This document shows, piece after piece, positions 56,112 to 64,000 of a stretch of DNA of 64,000 bases. The DNA comes from Opitutaceae bacterium (GTDB lineage Bacteria > Verrucomicrobiota > Verrucomicrobiia > Opitutales > Coraliomargaritaceae): assembly GCA_051252375.1 (NCBI GenBank), contig JBPOFY010000005.1:1-64000 (forward strand), given 5' to 3'. The notes below the pieces were generated by a model, which was given only the letters and a program-made list of their open reading frames with translations, did not search any database and was not told where the DNA came from. The translations under genes and the position numbers were made by a program. The first letter of the stretch is position 1, and each line of letters opens with the position of its first letter.

Positions 56112-57491
56112 TTAGAGTTCGTCTGCGATGTCTTCGAGCGGGTAGCTCCAGATCTCGGAGAGAGTGGGGTGATACCAGTGGACTTTGAGTAGGTCGCGGA
56201 CGTTGGCCTTAAGGCTGACAGCGACAGCCATGGCGTGGATCAGTTCGCCGGCATCTTTGCCGACGCATTCTGCGCCTAGGACGATGCCTTGTTTGTCAGC
56301 CACTACTTTGACGTAGCCGTATTTGGCTTCCATTAGAATCGATTTGCCGTGGTCATCGAAAGGGTAGTCGGCGACGAGGTATTGGATGCCGCGCTCTTTA
56401 AGTTGGGTTTCGCTGAGACCAACGGTGCCGATTTGTGGATCGGTGAAGACGACGCCGCAAAGTGTGTCGTAGTCCACGCGTTCAGCGGTGCGACCTGTGG
56501 CGTCTTTGGCGGCCACTTCGCCCTGCATGATGGCGACATGCACGATCTCATGCGGTCCGGCGACATCGCCACAGGCATAGACGCGCGGGTTGCTGGTGCG
56601 CTGCATAGCGTTGCAATTGATGTGTCCGCTAGGGAGTGTGCTGATGCCGGCTGCGGTCAGCCCGAGACCGTCAGTTGCGGGGCGTCGACCGAGTGCGTTC
56701 AATAGGTGTGGTGCTTCGACGGTGTGGACTTTTCCGTTTTGTTCGAAAGTGACGGTGAACTTGTCGTTCAGGTGGTGGACGCGCTTCAGCTTCGTTCCGG
56801 TATGGAGTTGAATGCCTTCATCGCGGAATTTCTGTTCGATCACGGTCGCGGCTTCGCTGGAAACTTCCTTGAGGATGTGTGGGCTACGTTGGATTTGGAT
56901 GACCTCGGTGCCGATCCGGCTTAGGAATTGTGCGAGCTCGCAAGCGACGATGCCGCCACCGAGCACAATGATCTTTTCAGGTTTGAAATCGAGGTCGAGC
57001 ACGTTGTCGCTAGTCCAAAATGGAACATTGTCGAGACCTGGCACTGGCGGAACGGATACGACGGAGCCGGTTGCGATCATGAAGTGATCTGCGGTGAGTT
57101 GGTCGCCGTTGTCGAGTTGGATAGTGCGTGAGTTGACGAAACGTGCGCGATTGCGAAAGAGTGTGAAGCGGTCGCTTTCGAGCTGCTCTTGTCGGTATTC
57201 GGCGAATTCTTGAATCGTCTTTAGTTTGCGCGCATGCAGCGCCTGCATGTCGACTGTGGCTTTGGGTATATTCAATCCGAAAGCTTTTCCTTGTTGGGCG
57301 AGGTGTAACACTTCCGCGGAGTAGATAAGCGTTTTCGAGGGCATGCAGCCCTTGAGGATACAGAGTCCGCCGAGTTCGGGCGCGTTGTCGATGATGGCGA
57401 CATTATCAAGTGTCTCACGGGCGGTGCGGGCTGCTGCGTAGCCGCCGCTGCCGCCTCCGATGACGATATAATCAAAATGTTTTGTGCTCAT
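56112..57491 (-). CDS. Pyridine nucleotide-disulfide oxidoreductase (dihydrolipoamide dehydrogenase-like)
   Basis: GGGSGG, GGLCILKGCMPSK, VFTDPQ, HPTLSE. Confidence 0.88.
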   Translation of the reverse strand: MSTKHFDYIVIGGGSGGYAAARTARETLDNVAIIDNAPELGGLCILKGCMPSKTLIYSAEVLHLAQQGKAFGLNIPKATVDMQALHARKLKTIQEFAEYRQEQLESDRFTLFRNRARFVNSRTIQLDNGDQLTADHFMIATGSVVSVPPVPGLDNVPFWTSDNVLDLDFKPEKIIVLGGGIVACELAQFLSRIGTEVIQIQRSPHILKEVSSEAATVIEQKFRDEGIQLHTGTKLKRVHHLNDKFTVTFEQNGKVHTVEAPHLLNALGRRPATDGLGLTAAGISTLPSGHINCNAMQRTSNPRVYACGDVAGPHEIVHVAIMQGEVAAKDATGRTAERVDYDTLCGVVFTDPQIGTVGLSETQLKERGIQYLVADYPFDDHGKSILMEAKYGYVKVVADKQGIVLGAECVGKDAGELIHAMAVAVSLKANVRDLLKVHWYHPTLSEIWSYPLEDIADEL

Positions 57492-57518
57492 GTGTAATAG
57501 AAGTTCTGTCGGATGATT

Positions 57519-58991
57519 TTATTTCTCAGTTTCTTTGTATTCGTCGGTGAAAAAGGGGACGTTGCGTTCTGCTTCAGGTGAGACGAGTGACGGGCGGGCG
57601 ACCGCATCGACTTCATCCACCTTACTTCGGCTTAAAGCAGCCCAGCGCAGCGCGCTGAAAATAATGGTGAAGAAACTGATGAAAACCGCTGGAGACATAA
57701 ACGGAGTGTCGAGAAACGCGAGAACTGCCACGCCAGCGCAACCAATTAGTAGGTGGTTTGTTAGGAGCACTTCCCATTTACTAATGACATACTGAAACAG
57801 CAATATGCCGAGAATGACTACAGGCACTACAGTCCCTACGATGCCTACTTCGGCGAAGAGCTGTAAGACATCGGAAGCCGCCCGATCATAACGAGCCCCT
57901 AGTAGCGTGTCATCTAGGTAAAAAGGTGCGAGCTGTGCAAAGCTGTCCATTCCCCAGCCGAATATCGGACTGCTTTGGAACATGTCCAGCGCTGCTTGGT
58001 GCAATGCTTTGGCGGACTCAGCATGAGGATCACTTTGAAAGCATCGGAAAATACTGGTGGCGAAAGCAATCGAAGCGAGCAGTCCGCATAACGCAGCGAT
58101 GGCACTGCGATGCGGGTCTTTGGATTGTTTTACAAAATGAGCGGCGACCAATAGCAGCATAATAGAAAAGCAAATTAACAGCGTCACTGCCGGCCAACGT
58201 GCCTCAATTATGAAGCCAGATCCACCCAGTAGAACGGCTCCGGTAAGATACCATGGTCCGGTTGATTCTATGAAGTTTGGACTGTCGTCATAACGAGTAG
58301 AGAGCAAAGTTATGCTGGTGCAGACGCCGCACCATATAATTGCAAATGCTGCCCAATGCCCATCATAGGGAAAGAAGCTAAAGAAATCGCTGGCACCTGT
58401 GCCCTTGGTGAAAAGCGGGTTCTGAAAGTTCAGCGTTTTTTGAATATACCCAAAAATACCAGTCAGCACTGCGCTGAAACAGAGCCAGGGGAGCAACTTT
58501 TCAAAGAACGCGCGCGATTTTGGAATCAGGTAAAGGTTCAGTGTGGTTAAATACATTGCGCAATAGCTGAGCACCGTGACCCAAGTTGTAGAGGTTGCCG
58601 TGCTCACGGGGAGCCAATTGTTGACAGGTTGAATCGTTAAGTAATCAACCTCTCCGATTGTCATGGGTTGCAATGGGTTTTGTAGCATCCCGACAGCAAA
58701 TAGCAGGATAAAACTCCAGATCGGTGAGCTGTAGAGCCAAAATTTAGGCCACAGTGTATCGATGAAGAAAGGGTGCGTTCGCTCGTGCGTTTTTAGGATG
58801 AAAGGACACATCCCGCCGATAATCATGAGGAAGCCTAGGCCCCAAAATGAGCGTGGGTCAGCGAGCCAAAAAGTGACTGTGGTCGTGAGGATGATGACGG
58901 CACACAATTGCGCTTCGGCTGGCGTAAAGGTGTCGCGAAGCAATTTGTCGCGAGGCAGCAATTTAGGTTCTGTTTTTTCCTGTTGATTCAT
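57519..58991 (-). CDS. O-antigen ligase-like polytopic membrane protein
   Basis: Multiple TM segments; PIFGWGMDSF..., ASDVLQLFAEVGIVG. Confidence 0.65.
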   Translation of the reverse strand: MNQQEKTEPKLLPRDKLLRDTFTPAEAQLCAVIILTTTVTFWLADPRSFWGLGFLMIIGGMCPFILKTHERTHPFFIDTLWPKFWLYSSPIWSFILLFAVGMLQNPLQPMTIGEVDYLTIQPVNNWLPVSTATSTTWVTVLSYCAMYLTTLNLYLIPKSRAFFEKLLPWLCFSAVLTGIFGYIQKTLNFQNPLFTKGTGASDFFSFFPYDGHWAAFAIIWCGVCTSITLLSTRYDDSPNFIESTGPWYLTGAVLLGGSGFIIEARWPAVTLLICFSIMLLLVAAHFVKQSKDPHRSAIAALCGLLASIAFATSIFRCFQSDPHAESAKALHQAALDMFQSSPIFGWGMDSFAQLAPFYLDDTLLGARYDRAASDVLQLFAEVGIVGTVVPVVILGILLFQYVISKWEVLLTNHLLIGCAGVAVLAFLDTPFMSPAVFISFFTIIFSALRWAALSRSKVDEVDAVARPSLVSPEAERNVPFFTDEYKETEK

Positions 58992-59557
58992 CCTGCGTTT
59001 ATGGAAGGGGTGGGGTGTGGCCAGCAAATCGAATCGGCGATCGTTTCGACGGGGGTATCGCCTTGCAAGGTGCGAACGATCGCCAATGCAAATTCGGTTG
59101 CCGTTCCTGCCCCGCGTGAGGTCAGAATGTGACGATCCAGCACAAAACTGCTGCCGCTTGCTAGAGGTAGTTCGTCAACGGTGCTGGTGTGGGCGGTATA
59201 GTTGAAGCCTTCCAAAATACCTGCATCTTTCAGTAGTAGGGGTGCCGCGCAAATACAGGCGGTTAACTTGCCGGCATCCGATTGCTTGCGGAGTAATTGG
59301 CAGACTGCCGGGTGGTTGCGAAGTGCCATAATGCCAGGACCTCCGGGTAGAATGACGACGTCGAATGATCGATCCACGACTTCGGCTAAACGATGCGTGG
59401 TTTGCAGTGTGATGCCGCTGCGCCCTTCGACTAATCGCTCGTCATTGACTGAAGCTTGCACCACATCGATATCTGCTCGCGACAATAAATCGATCGGCGT
59501 GATTGCTTCGATTTCTTCGAAGCCGGGATGTAAAATGATGAGCGCGGTTTTTCGCAT
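58988..59557 (-). CDS. DJ-1/PfpI (YajL/ThiJ-like) protein
   Basis: GFEEIE, LPGGPG, ICAAP, TSRGAGTA. Confidence 0.9.
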   Translation of the reverse strand: MRKTALIILHPGFEEIEAITPIDLLSRADIDVVQASVNDERLVEGRSGITLQTTHRLAEVVDRSFDVVILPGGPGIMALRNHPAVCQLLRKQSDAGKLTACICAAPLLLKDAGILEGFNYTAHTSTVDELPLASGSSFVLDRHILTSRGAGTATEFALAIVRTLQGDTPVETIADSICWPHPTPSINAG

Positions 59558-59566
59558 TGGGGCCAG

Positions 59567-60382
59567 CTAAAGTGCTTTGCCTGCAAATGGCAAAACCGTA
59601 TCCCAGTAAGTCGAGCCAAGTTGCTCAATCAAGTTGTTATGCCCTGCGTCTTCGACCCAAACCGTTGTAACCTCACCACGGACGGCCTTGGCATTTTGCT
59701 TGGCGTGGGCTAAGGGCACCGTCCGATCTTCGACTCCGTGGAGGATGAGCACTGGGCAGCTGATCGATGACCAGCGACTTAGATTATTGAACCGATCCCA
59801 AGGGAGGATTCGAATATGCGTCATTACGCGGAAGGTCGAACTGAAGGCGCCGTCCAGAATCAAGCCACGCACTGGGTAGCGTTCGGCTAACCAGCAGGAT
59901 GGTCCACCGCCTAATGAGCGACCGTATAGTGTGATTTGCTCTGGGGTGTAACCTAGCTGCTGTGTGGCATATTGATATGCCGCATCGGCCGCGGCGTAGA
60001 CGCTGGCTTCACTTGCGCTACCAGTGCTGGTGCCATAACCGGGATAGTCGTAAGCGAGCACCGCAAGCCCGTTTGATTGGAAAACTTCTAAATGCGCCCG
60101 TATGTCGCCGAGGTCTTCGCCGTTACCATGGCTGTATAACAGCAGGTGTTGGCTGCCTTCGGCGGGTAAGTAGAGTGTGGAAATCTGATTTTTGTCACTG
60201 ATTGGTAACTTTTTAATTTCCAGACTATCTTGATAGGTGCTTCCCGAGTATGGGAAGATCATTTTGTCCGCCATTACATAGGCAAACAACATCAGCCCAA
60301 GATAGGCCAAAGCGAGTGTCGAGAAAGTGAGAATGAGGATATTCGTGAGCATACTGCGAAGCTTCTGGAAAAACGTTGCCAT
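59567..60382 (-). CDS. Membrane-anchored alpha/beta hydrolase
   Basis: HGNGED, YDYPGYG, GRSLG, HGVEDRTV, AGHNN. Confidence 0.9.
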   Translation of the reverse strand: MATFFQKLRSMLTNILILTFSTLALAYLGLMLFAYVMADKMIFPYSGSTYQDSLEIKKLPISDKNQISTLYLPAEGSQHLLLYSHGNGEDLGDIRAHLEVFQSNGLAVLAYDYPGYGTSTGSASEASVYAAADAAYQYATQQLGYTPEQITLYGRSLGGGPSCWLAERYPVRGLILDGAFSSTFRVMTHIRILPWDRFNNLSRWSSISCPVLILHGVEDRTVPLAHAKQNAKAVRGEVTTVWVEDAGHNNLIEQLGSTYWDTVLPFAGKAL

Positions 60383-60464
60383 GGATTGCTTCGTTTTGAG
60401 TAAGATTGGAGATCATGACAACCGAAGAGTGCGACTTTTCCGTAGGCAGTTTAATTTGAATTCA

Positions 60465-60962
60465 GAAGTTGGAAGCTAGGATTTGGAAGTTGGGAGTTGG
60501 AAGTTAGGGCATTGTCACCAAGAGCTTATGCCAATTCTGTAAATGTTTGATCTATTGGAGCCTATGAATCGTATGTTTTAGGTGGGGTGCTCTCGCCGAG
60601 AGCACCGTTCGCTGGCAGGTTTACATATCGGCATCTTATGGATGGGCATCCGGCAGCGTCCGACGAACGGTCGCCTCGGCGAGGCGACCCCACCTTTTCA
60701 AATACCTAAAGTTGTCTTAAGATGGTGCATTCGCACCGTCTAGGTGTGCACAACGCCCTGTTGGTAAACCTTACGGAAGTTTGTGCATTCGACAGTTCGA
60801 CAAGCTCATGCCTGAGCGGTGCGAAACGCTCGCGCGCTACCAGATCAAACAAAATTGAAAATGGTATTACTTCGGTAAGAACCGCTGCCAAATTGGCGAA
60901 GTGCTTCATTTACAAACCATGGTCATTCTGTGGCCGACTTCTAACTACTGTCTCCTAACTCC
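60465..60962. repeat. Composite repeat region: inverted heptamer arrays enclosing a REP doublet (60581-60694) and a degenerate REP/micro-element cluster (60724-60842)
   Basis: Six GAAGTTG-type units at 60465-60506 and the reverse array at 60935-60962; GGTGGGGTGCTCTCGCCGAGAGCACC / GGTGGGGTCGCCTCGCCGAGGCGACC. Confidence 0.8.
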
Positions 60963-60971
60963 TTTTTAGGT

Positions 60972-62006
60972 TTAAGGGTCGACTAAAATTGGCATGCCGA
61001 CCCATGCGGCATTCAGTAGTGCTTGGGCGTTCCAGTTGGCGAGCCGGAAGCATCCACTGGATTCGGTGCGACCTACTTTTTCCGGTTCAGGTGTGCCGTG
61101 GATGCCGTAGCTGGGGAGGTTGAGGCCGATCCAGACGCTCCCAACCGGGTTGTTGGGACCAGGTTGGATGATGAACTTATTGGTGATGCCTTCTCGCTCA
61201 GCAGTTGCTGTGAGAATTGCGGGGTTGAAGGTGTAATTGGGGTCTTTGACTATTACTTTGACGGCGAGCTCGCCGCTGGGTCGTTTATCGATGCGTCGTG
61301 CGATGCTGACGGGGCAATGGAAGCGTATCTGACCGTTCTTATCGTAGGCTTGTAAGATTCGTTTCGAGAGTTGAATACGCACATAAGCGAGGGGCTTTGC
61401 GATCTGATAGATACGCAGGTGAGGCGCCAGGATTTGGTCGCCGGGGGCGAGTTGTGACCAATTGATATTGGGGTTGAGTTGAACGATGAAGTCGGGATCG
61501 CATTGTGTCTTTTCGGCGATCATTTCGAGGATGGAGTTGTAGCGCATCTGGTCCACTTGCCCTCGTTCAATCCAAGAGCTTGGTTTTGGCCCCACCTTGT
61601 TAAAGTCGTTTGTCGTTAACTCCACTCGGGCAAAGACGGGGTCTTCGATCAACAAACTCTCCGCTGTGGCTAGGTCCAGTATGCCAGATTGGGGCAGTTG
61701 CTTCGCCGTTTGGTATGCGATAAACGCCAGTTGAGTTTGGCTGCCCGTTTTGCCATCGATGGAACCCGGCGAAAAACCTTCGCGGGCGAGGGCGATTTGG
61801 GCTTCGATACTGTTGACGACCGAGCGACCAATCGGCTGTGCGGGCTCAATGGCTTCTTCTGATTTGTCGCGAAAGAGCCCGATTAGAAGAATGCCGAGTG
61901 CGCCGATGATCAAGAAGACGAAAAACAGTTTCCCAAGTGGGTGAATGCTATCGCTACGACCAGCCTTGGCTGTGGTTTTCCGTTTAGCTTGTTTGCGAGG
62001 AGGCAC
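60972..62006 (-). CDS. L,D-transpeptidase with peptidoglycan-binding domain
   Basis: N-terminal TM, GFSPGSIDG..G..T, PGPNNPVG, YGIHGT..SSGCFRL. Confidence 0.88.
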   Translation of the reverse strand: MPPRKQAKRKTTAKAGRSDSIHPLGKLFFVFLIIGALGILLIGLFRDKSEEAIEPAQPIGRSVVNSIEAQIALAREGFSPGSIDGKTGSQTQLAFIAYQTAKQLPQSGILDLATAESLLIEDPVFARVELTTNDFNKVGPKPSSWIERGQVDQMRYNSILEMIAEKTQCDPDFIVQLNPNINWSQLAPGDQILAPHLRIYQIAKPLAYVRIQLSKRILQAYDKNGQIRFHCPVSIARRIDKRPSGELAVKVIVKDPNYTFNPAILTATAEREGITNKFIIQPGPNNPVGSVWIGLNLPSYGIHGTPEPEKVGRTESSGCFRLANWNAQALLNAAWVGMPILVDP

Positions 62007-62031
62007 GGGTGTGTCGTTTGGCGAGACGCTT

Positions 62032-64000
62032 TTAGACGGTGTCAGAATTCTTAAACGAATGGCGCGTCAGGGGCGTATGTGGGGCAACGGCGGGTTCCTC
62101 TTTTCGTTCTTGTTCTTGTTGCTTACGACGCTGTTTCATTTCTTCGGCAAAGATGTCTTGAGCACACACGAGTGCTTTACCCTTACGAGAGCGGCTCACG
62201 CTGTGGTAGGCGCCATTGGCACGTAGGATCCGGGCGTTCTTGGTATCTGCCAAATAAGTTTCCAAGATGTGGATCATTCGCTCTTTGAGCTCGGGATCTT
62301 CCACGGGGAATACGGCTTCGATGCGACGATAGAAATTGCGTGGCATCCAGTCGGCACTACCCGCAAAGACGATAGGGTGCGCGTTGTTTTCAAAATAGAA
62401 TATACGGCTGTGCTCGAGATAACGACCGAGGATGCTGCGAACGCGGATGTTTTCACTCACGCCTTTAATGTTAGGCACAAGGTTGCAGATGCCGCGGACG
62501 ATGAGGTCGATTTTGACGCCTGCTTGCGAGGCGCGGTAGAGATTATCGATCGTTACTTGGTCCACCAAACTATTGGTCTGGGCGATGATGCGCGCGGGCT
62601 TGCCAGCTTTCGCATTGCGCGTTTCTGCCTTGATATAGTTTTGCAGTTTCGAGTGCAAGGTGAAGGGGGCGACGAGTAGTTTTTTAAACTTCGGAGTCAG
62701 TGAGAAACCGGTCAATGTGTTGAATAGACCGGCGACTTCCTCGGTGATTTCTTCCTTGGATGTGAAGAAACTGATGTCGGTGTAGAGGCGGGCAGTTTTG
62801 GGGTTGTAGTTGCCCGTCCCCAAGTGGACGTAGCGTCGCAGGGCATCACCTTCGCGGCGGACTACAAGACAAGTTTTACAGTGCGTTTTTAGGCCGACCA
62901 GTCCGTAAACCACGTGCACGCCAACGTCTTCGAGTCGTCGTGCCCACTGGATGTTGTTGGCCTCGTCAAAACGGGCTTTGATCTCAACCAGAACAGTCAC
63001 CTGCTTGCCGCGGCGTGAGGCTTCCATCAGTGCGGCCACAATCGGCGAGTCGCCGGAGGTCCGATACAGAGTCTGCTTGATCGCATATACCTGCGGGTCG
63101 CGGGCGGCTTGAAGAATGAAATCCACGAAGGGTTGGAAATTGTCGTAGGGTTGATGCAGCATCAGGTCCTTATCTCTGATACGATCAAATATCTGCTCCG
63201 GGTGGTCGAAGGCGCTGGATACGTAAGGTATCTCTGGTGCAAATTTCAGGTCCGGGCGATCAATCAAATCATAGGCGCTCATCAGGCGCAGTGGATTGAT
63301 GGGGCCATCGATAGTGTAAACATTTTCCTGCTGCAGGTCGAGTGCTTCCAGCAGCTCTTCCACGAGGACAGGGTCCGCTCCTTTATCGATCTCCAAGCGA
63401 ACCGCGGCGCCCTTGTGCACCTTCATCAGTTCCTCTTCGATTTTCGAAAGTAGGTTTTCGACTTCCTCCTCATCGATATACAAATCACTATTCCGAGTGA
63501 TTCGAAACGGTGCGGCCGAGCGCACCTTATATCCTGGGAATAACCACTTGATGTAGCGTTGTATGATGTCGCTTAGAAAGATGTAAACCTCGGGGTTGCC
63601 ACGGCGCGGCACGCCGATTTTTACGACGCGCGGGAGCACACGTGGCACCTGGATAATCGCCATCATACGCTCGATGATCCGTGTCTCCGGGTCGTCAATT
63701 GAAGCCAGTATATAAAGCGCCTTATTGCTCAACTGTGGAAAAGGGTGGGCTGGATCGATCGCCAGCGGAGTTAACACCGGAAACACTTGCTCTTCGAAAT
63801 AGGTGGTCACCCATTTCTTTTCGTTTCGGGTCAACTCGTCGTAACTACGAAATAAGACGCGAGATTTCTCCAATGTCGGCACAATCTGCTTTTTCCAGCA
63901 ATCATACTGGTCAGAAACGAGGCGTTTGACGACGCTTTGGATACGTCGCAGCTGCTCTTTCGGCCCGAGCCCATCGGGACCACGCTCGATCACCCCAGAT
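62032..64000 (-). CDS. ppk1: Polyphosphate kinase 1 (5' part outside the window)
   Basis: [37 protein letters not shown]; frame open to the window edge. Confidence 0.96.
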   Translation of the reverse strand, partial: SGVIERGPDGLGPKEQLRRIQSVVKRLVSDQYDCWKKQIVPTLEKSRVLFRSYDELTRNEKKWVTTYFEEQVFPVLTPLAIDPAHPFPQLSNKALYILASIDDPETRIIERMMAIIQVPRVLPRVVKIGVPRRGNPEVYIFLSDIIQRYIKWLFPGYKVRSAAPFRITRNSDLYIDEEEVENLLSKIEEELMKVHKGAAVRLEIDKGADPVLVEELLEALDLQQENVYTIDGPINPLRLMSAYDLIDRPDLKFAPEIPYVSSAFDHPEQIFDRIRDKDLMLHQPYDNFQPFVDFILQAARDPQVYAIKQTLYRTSGDSPIVAALMEASRRGKQVTVLVEIKARFDEANNIQWARRLEDVGVHVVYGLVGLKTHCKTCLVVRREGDALRRYVHLGTGNYNPKTARLYTDISFFTSKEEITEEVAGLFNTLTGFSLTPKFKKLLVAPFTLHSKLQNYIKAETRNAKAGKPARIIAQTNSLVDQVTIDNLYRASQAGVKIDLIVRGICNLVPNIKGVSENIRVRSILGRYLEHSRIFYFENNAHPIVFAGSADWMPRNFYRRIEAVFPVEDPELKERMIHILETYLADTKNARILRANGAYHSVSRSRKGKALVCAQDIFAEEMKQRRKQQEQERKEEPAVAPHTPLTRHSFKNSDTV

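Noticed and set aside
56112..57491. Possible mercuric reductase
   Set aside because: No C-terminal Cys-Cys pair and no mer genes; has the HPTLSE motif of the lipoamide dehydrogenase type
60706..60935. Short ORFs faintly resembling four-helix-bundle or RAYT fragments
   Set aside because: Similarity limited to a few residues and partly built from repeat DNA; not supportable without a search

Overview
Bacterial chromosomal window, most likely from the Verrucomicrobiota (Opitutae-like). This is inferred from the PVC-type EF-Tu switch-I sequence '[13 protein letters not shown]', the RpoB 'DRRRRRRK' segment and the presence of RNase HIII. Core content: ispD/pyrF/ispE, PTS enzyme I, an LptF/G permease, RNase HII and HIII, PilT, a Znu-type ABC transporter, the tRNA-Thr-tuf-tRNA-Trp-secE-nusG-rplKAJL-rpoBC cluster and a 5'-truncated ppk1. 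Nutrient-response content: (i) a GT4 + PlcP-like lipid-remodelling pair behind a well-spaced Pho-box-like triplet; (ii) two tandem amt-glnK units, the first with a sigma-54 promoter; (iii) divergent from them, an M42 peptidase / RimK-RCK_C fusion / RimB-like protease / AstE-AspA deacylase cluster that looks like a complete poly-glutamate make-and-break system. Intergenic DNA carries many small repeats: a ~180-bp tandem unit starting with a tRNA 3' end, a covarying REP family (GTAG/GGAG/GTGG feet), inverted heptamer arrays, and a 21-nt element inserted with a 3-bp duplication inside a REP loop. A 44-aa basic ORF and a frameshifted GT4 remnant missing from the ORF track were also found. No CRISPR array, rRNA, integrase or transposase was seen. 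All product calls come from motif recognition by eye, not database searches.
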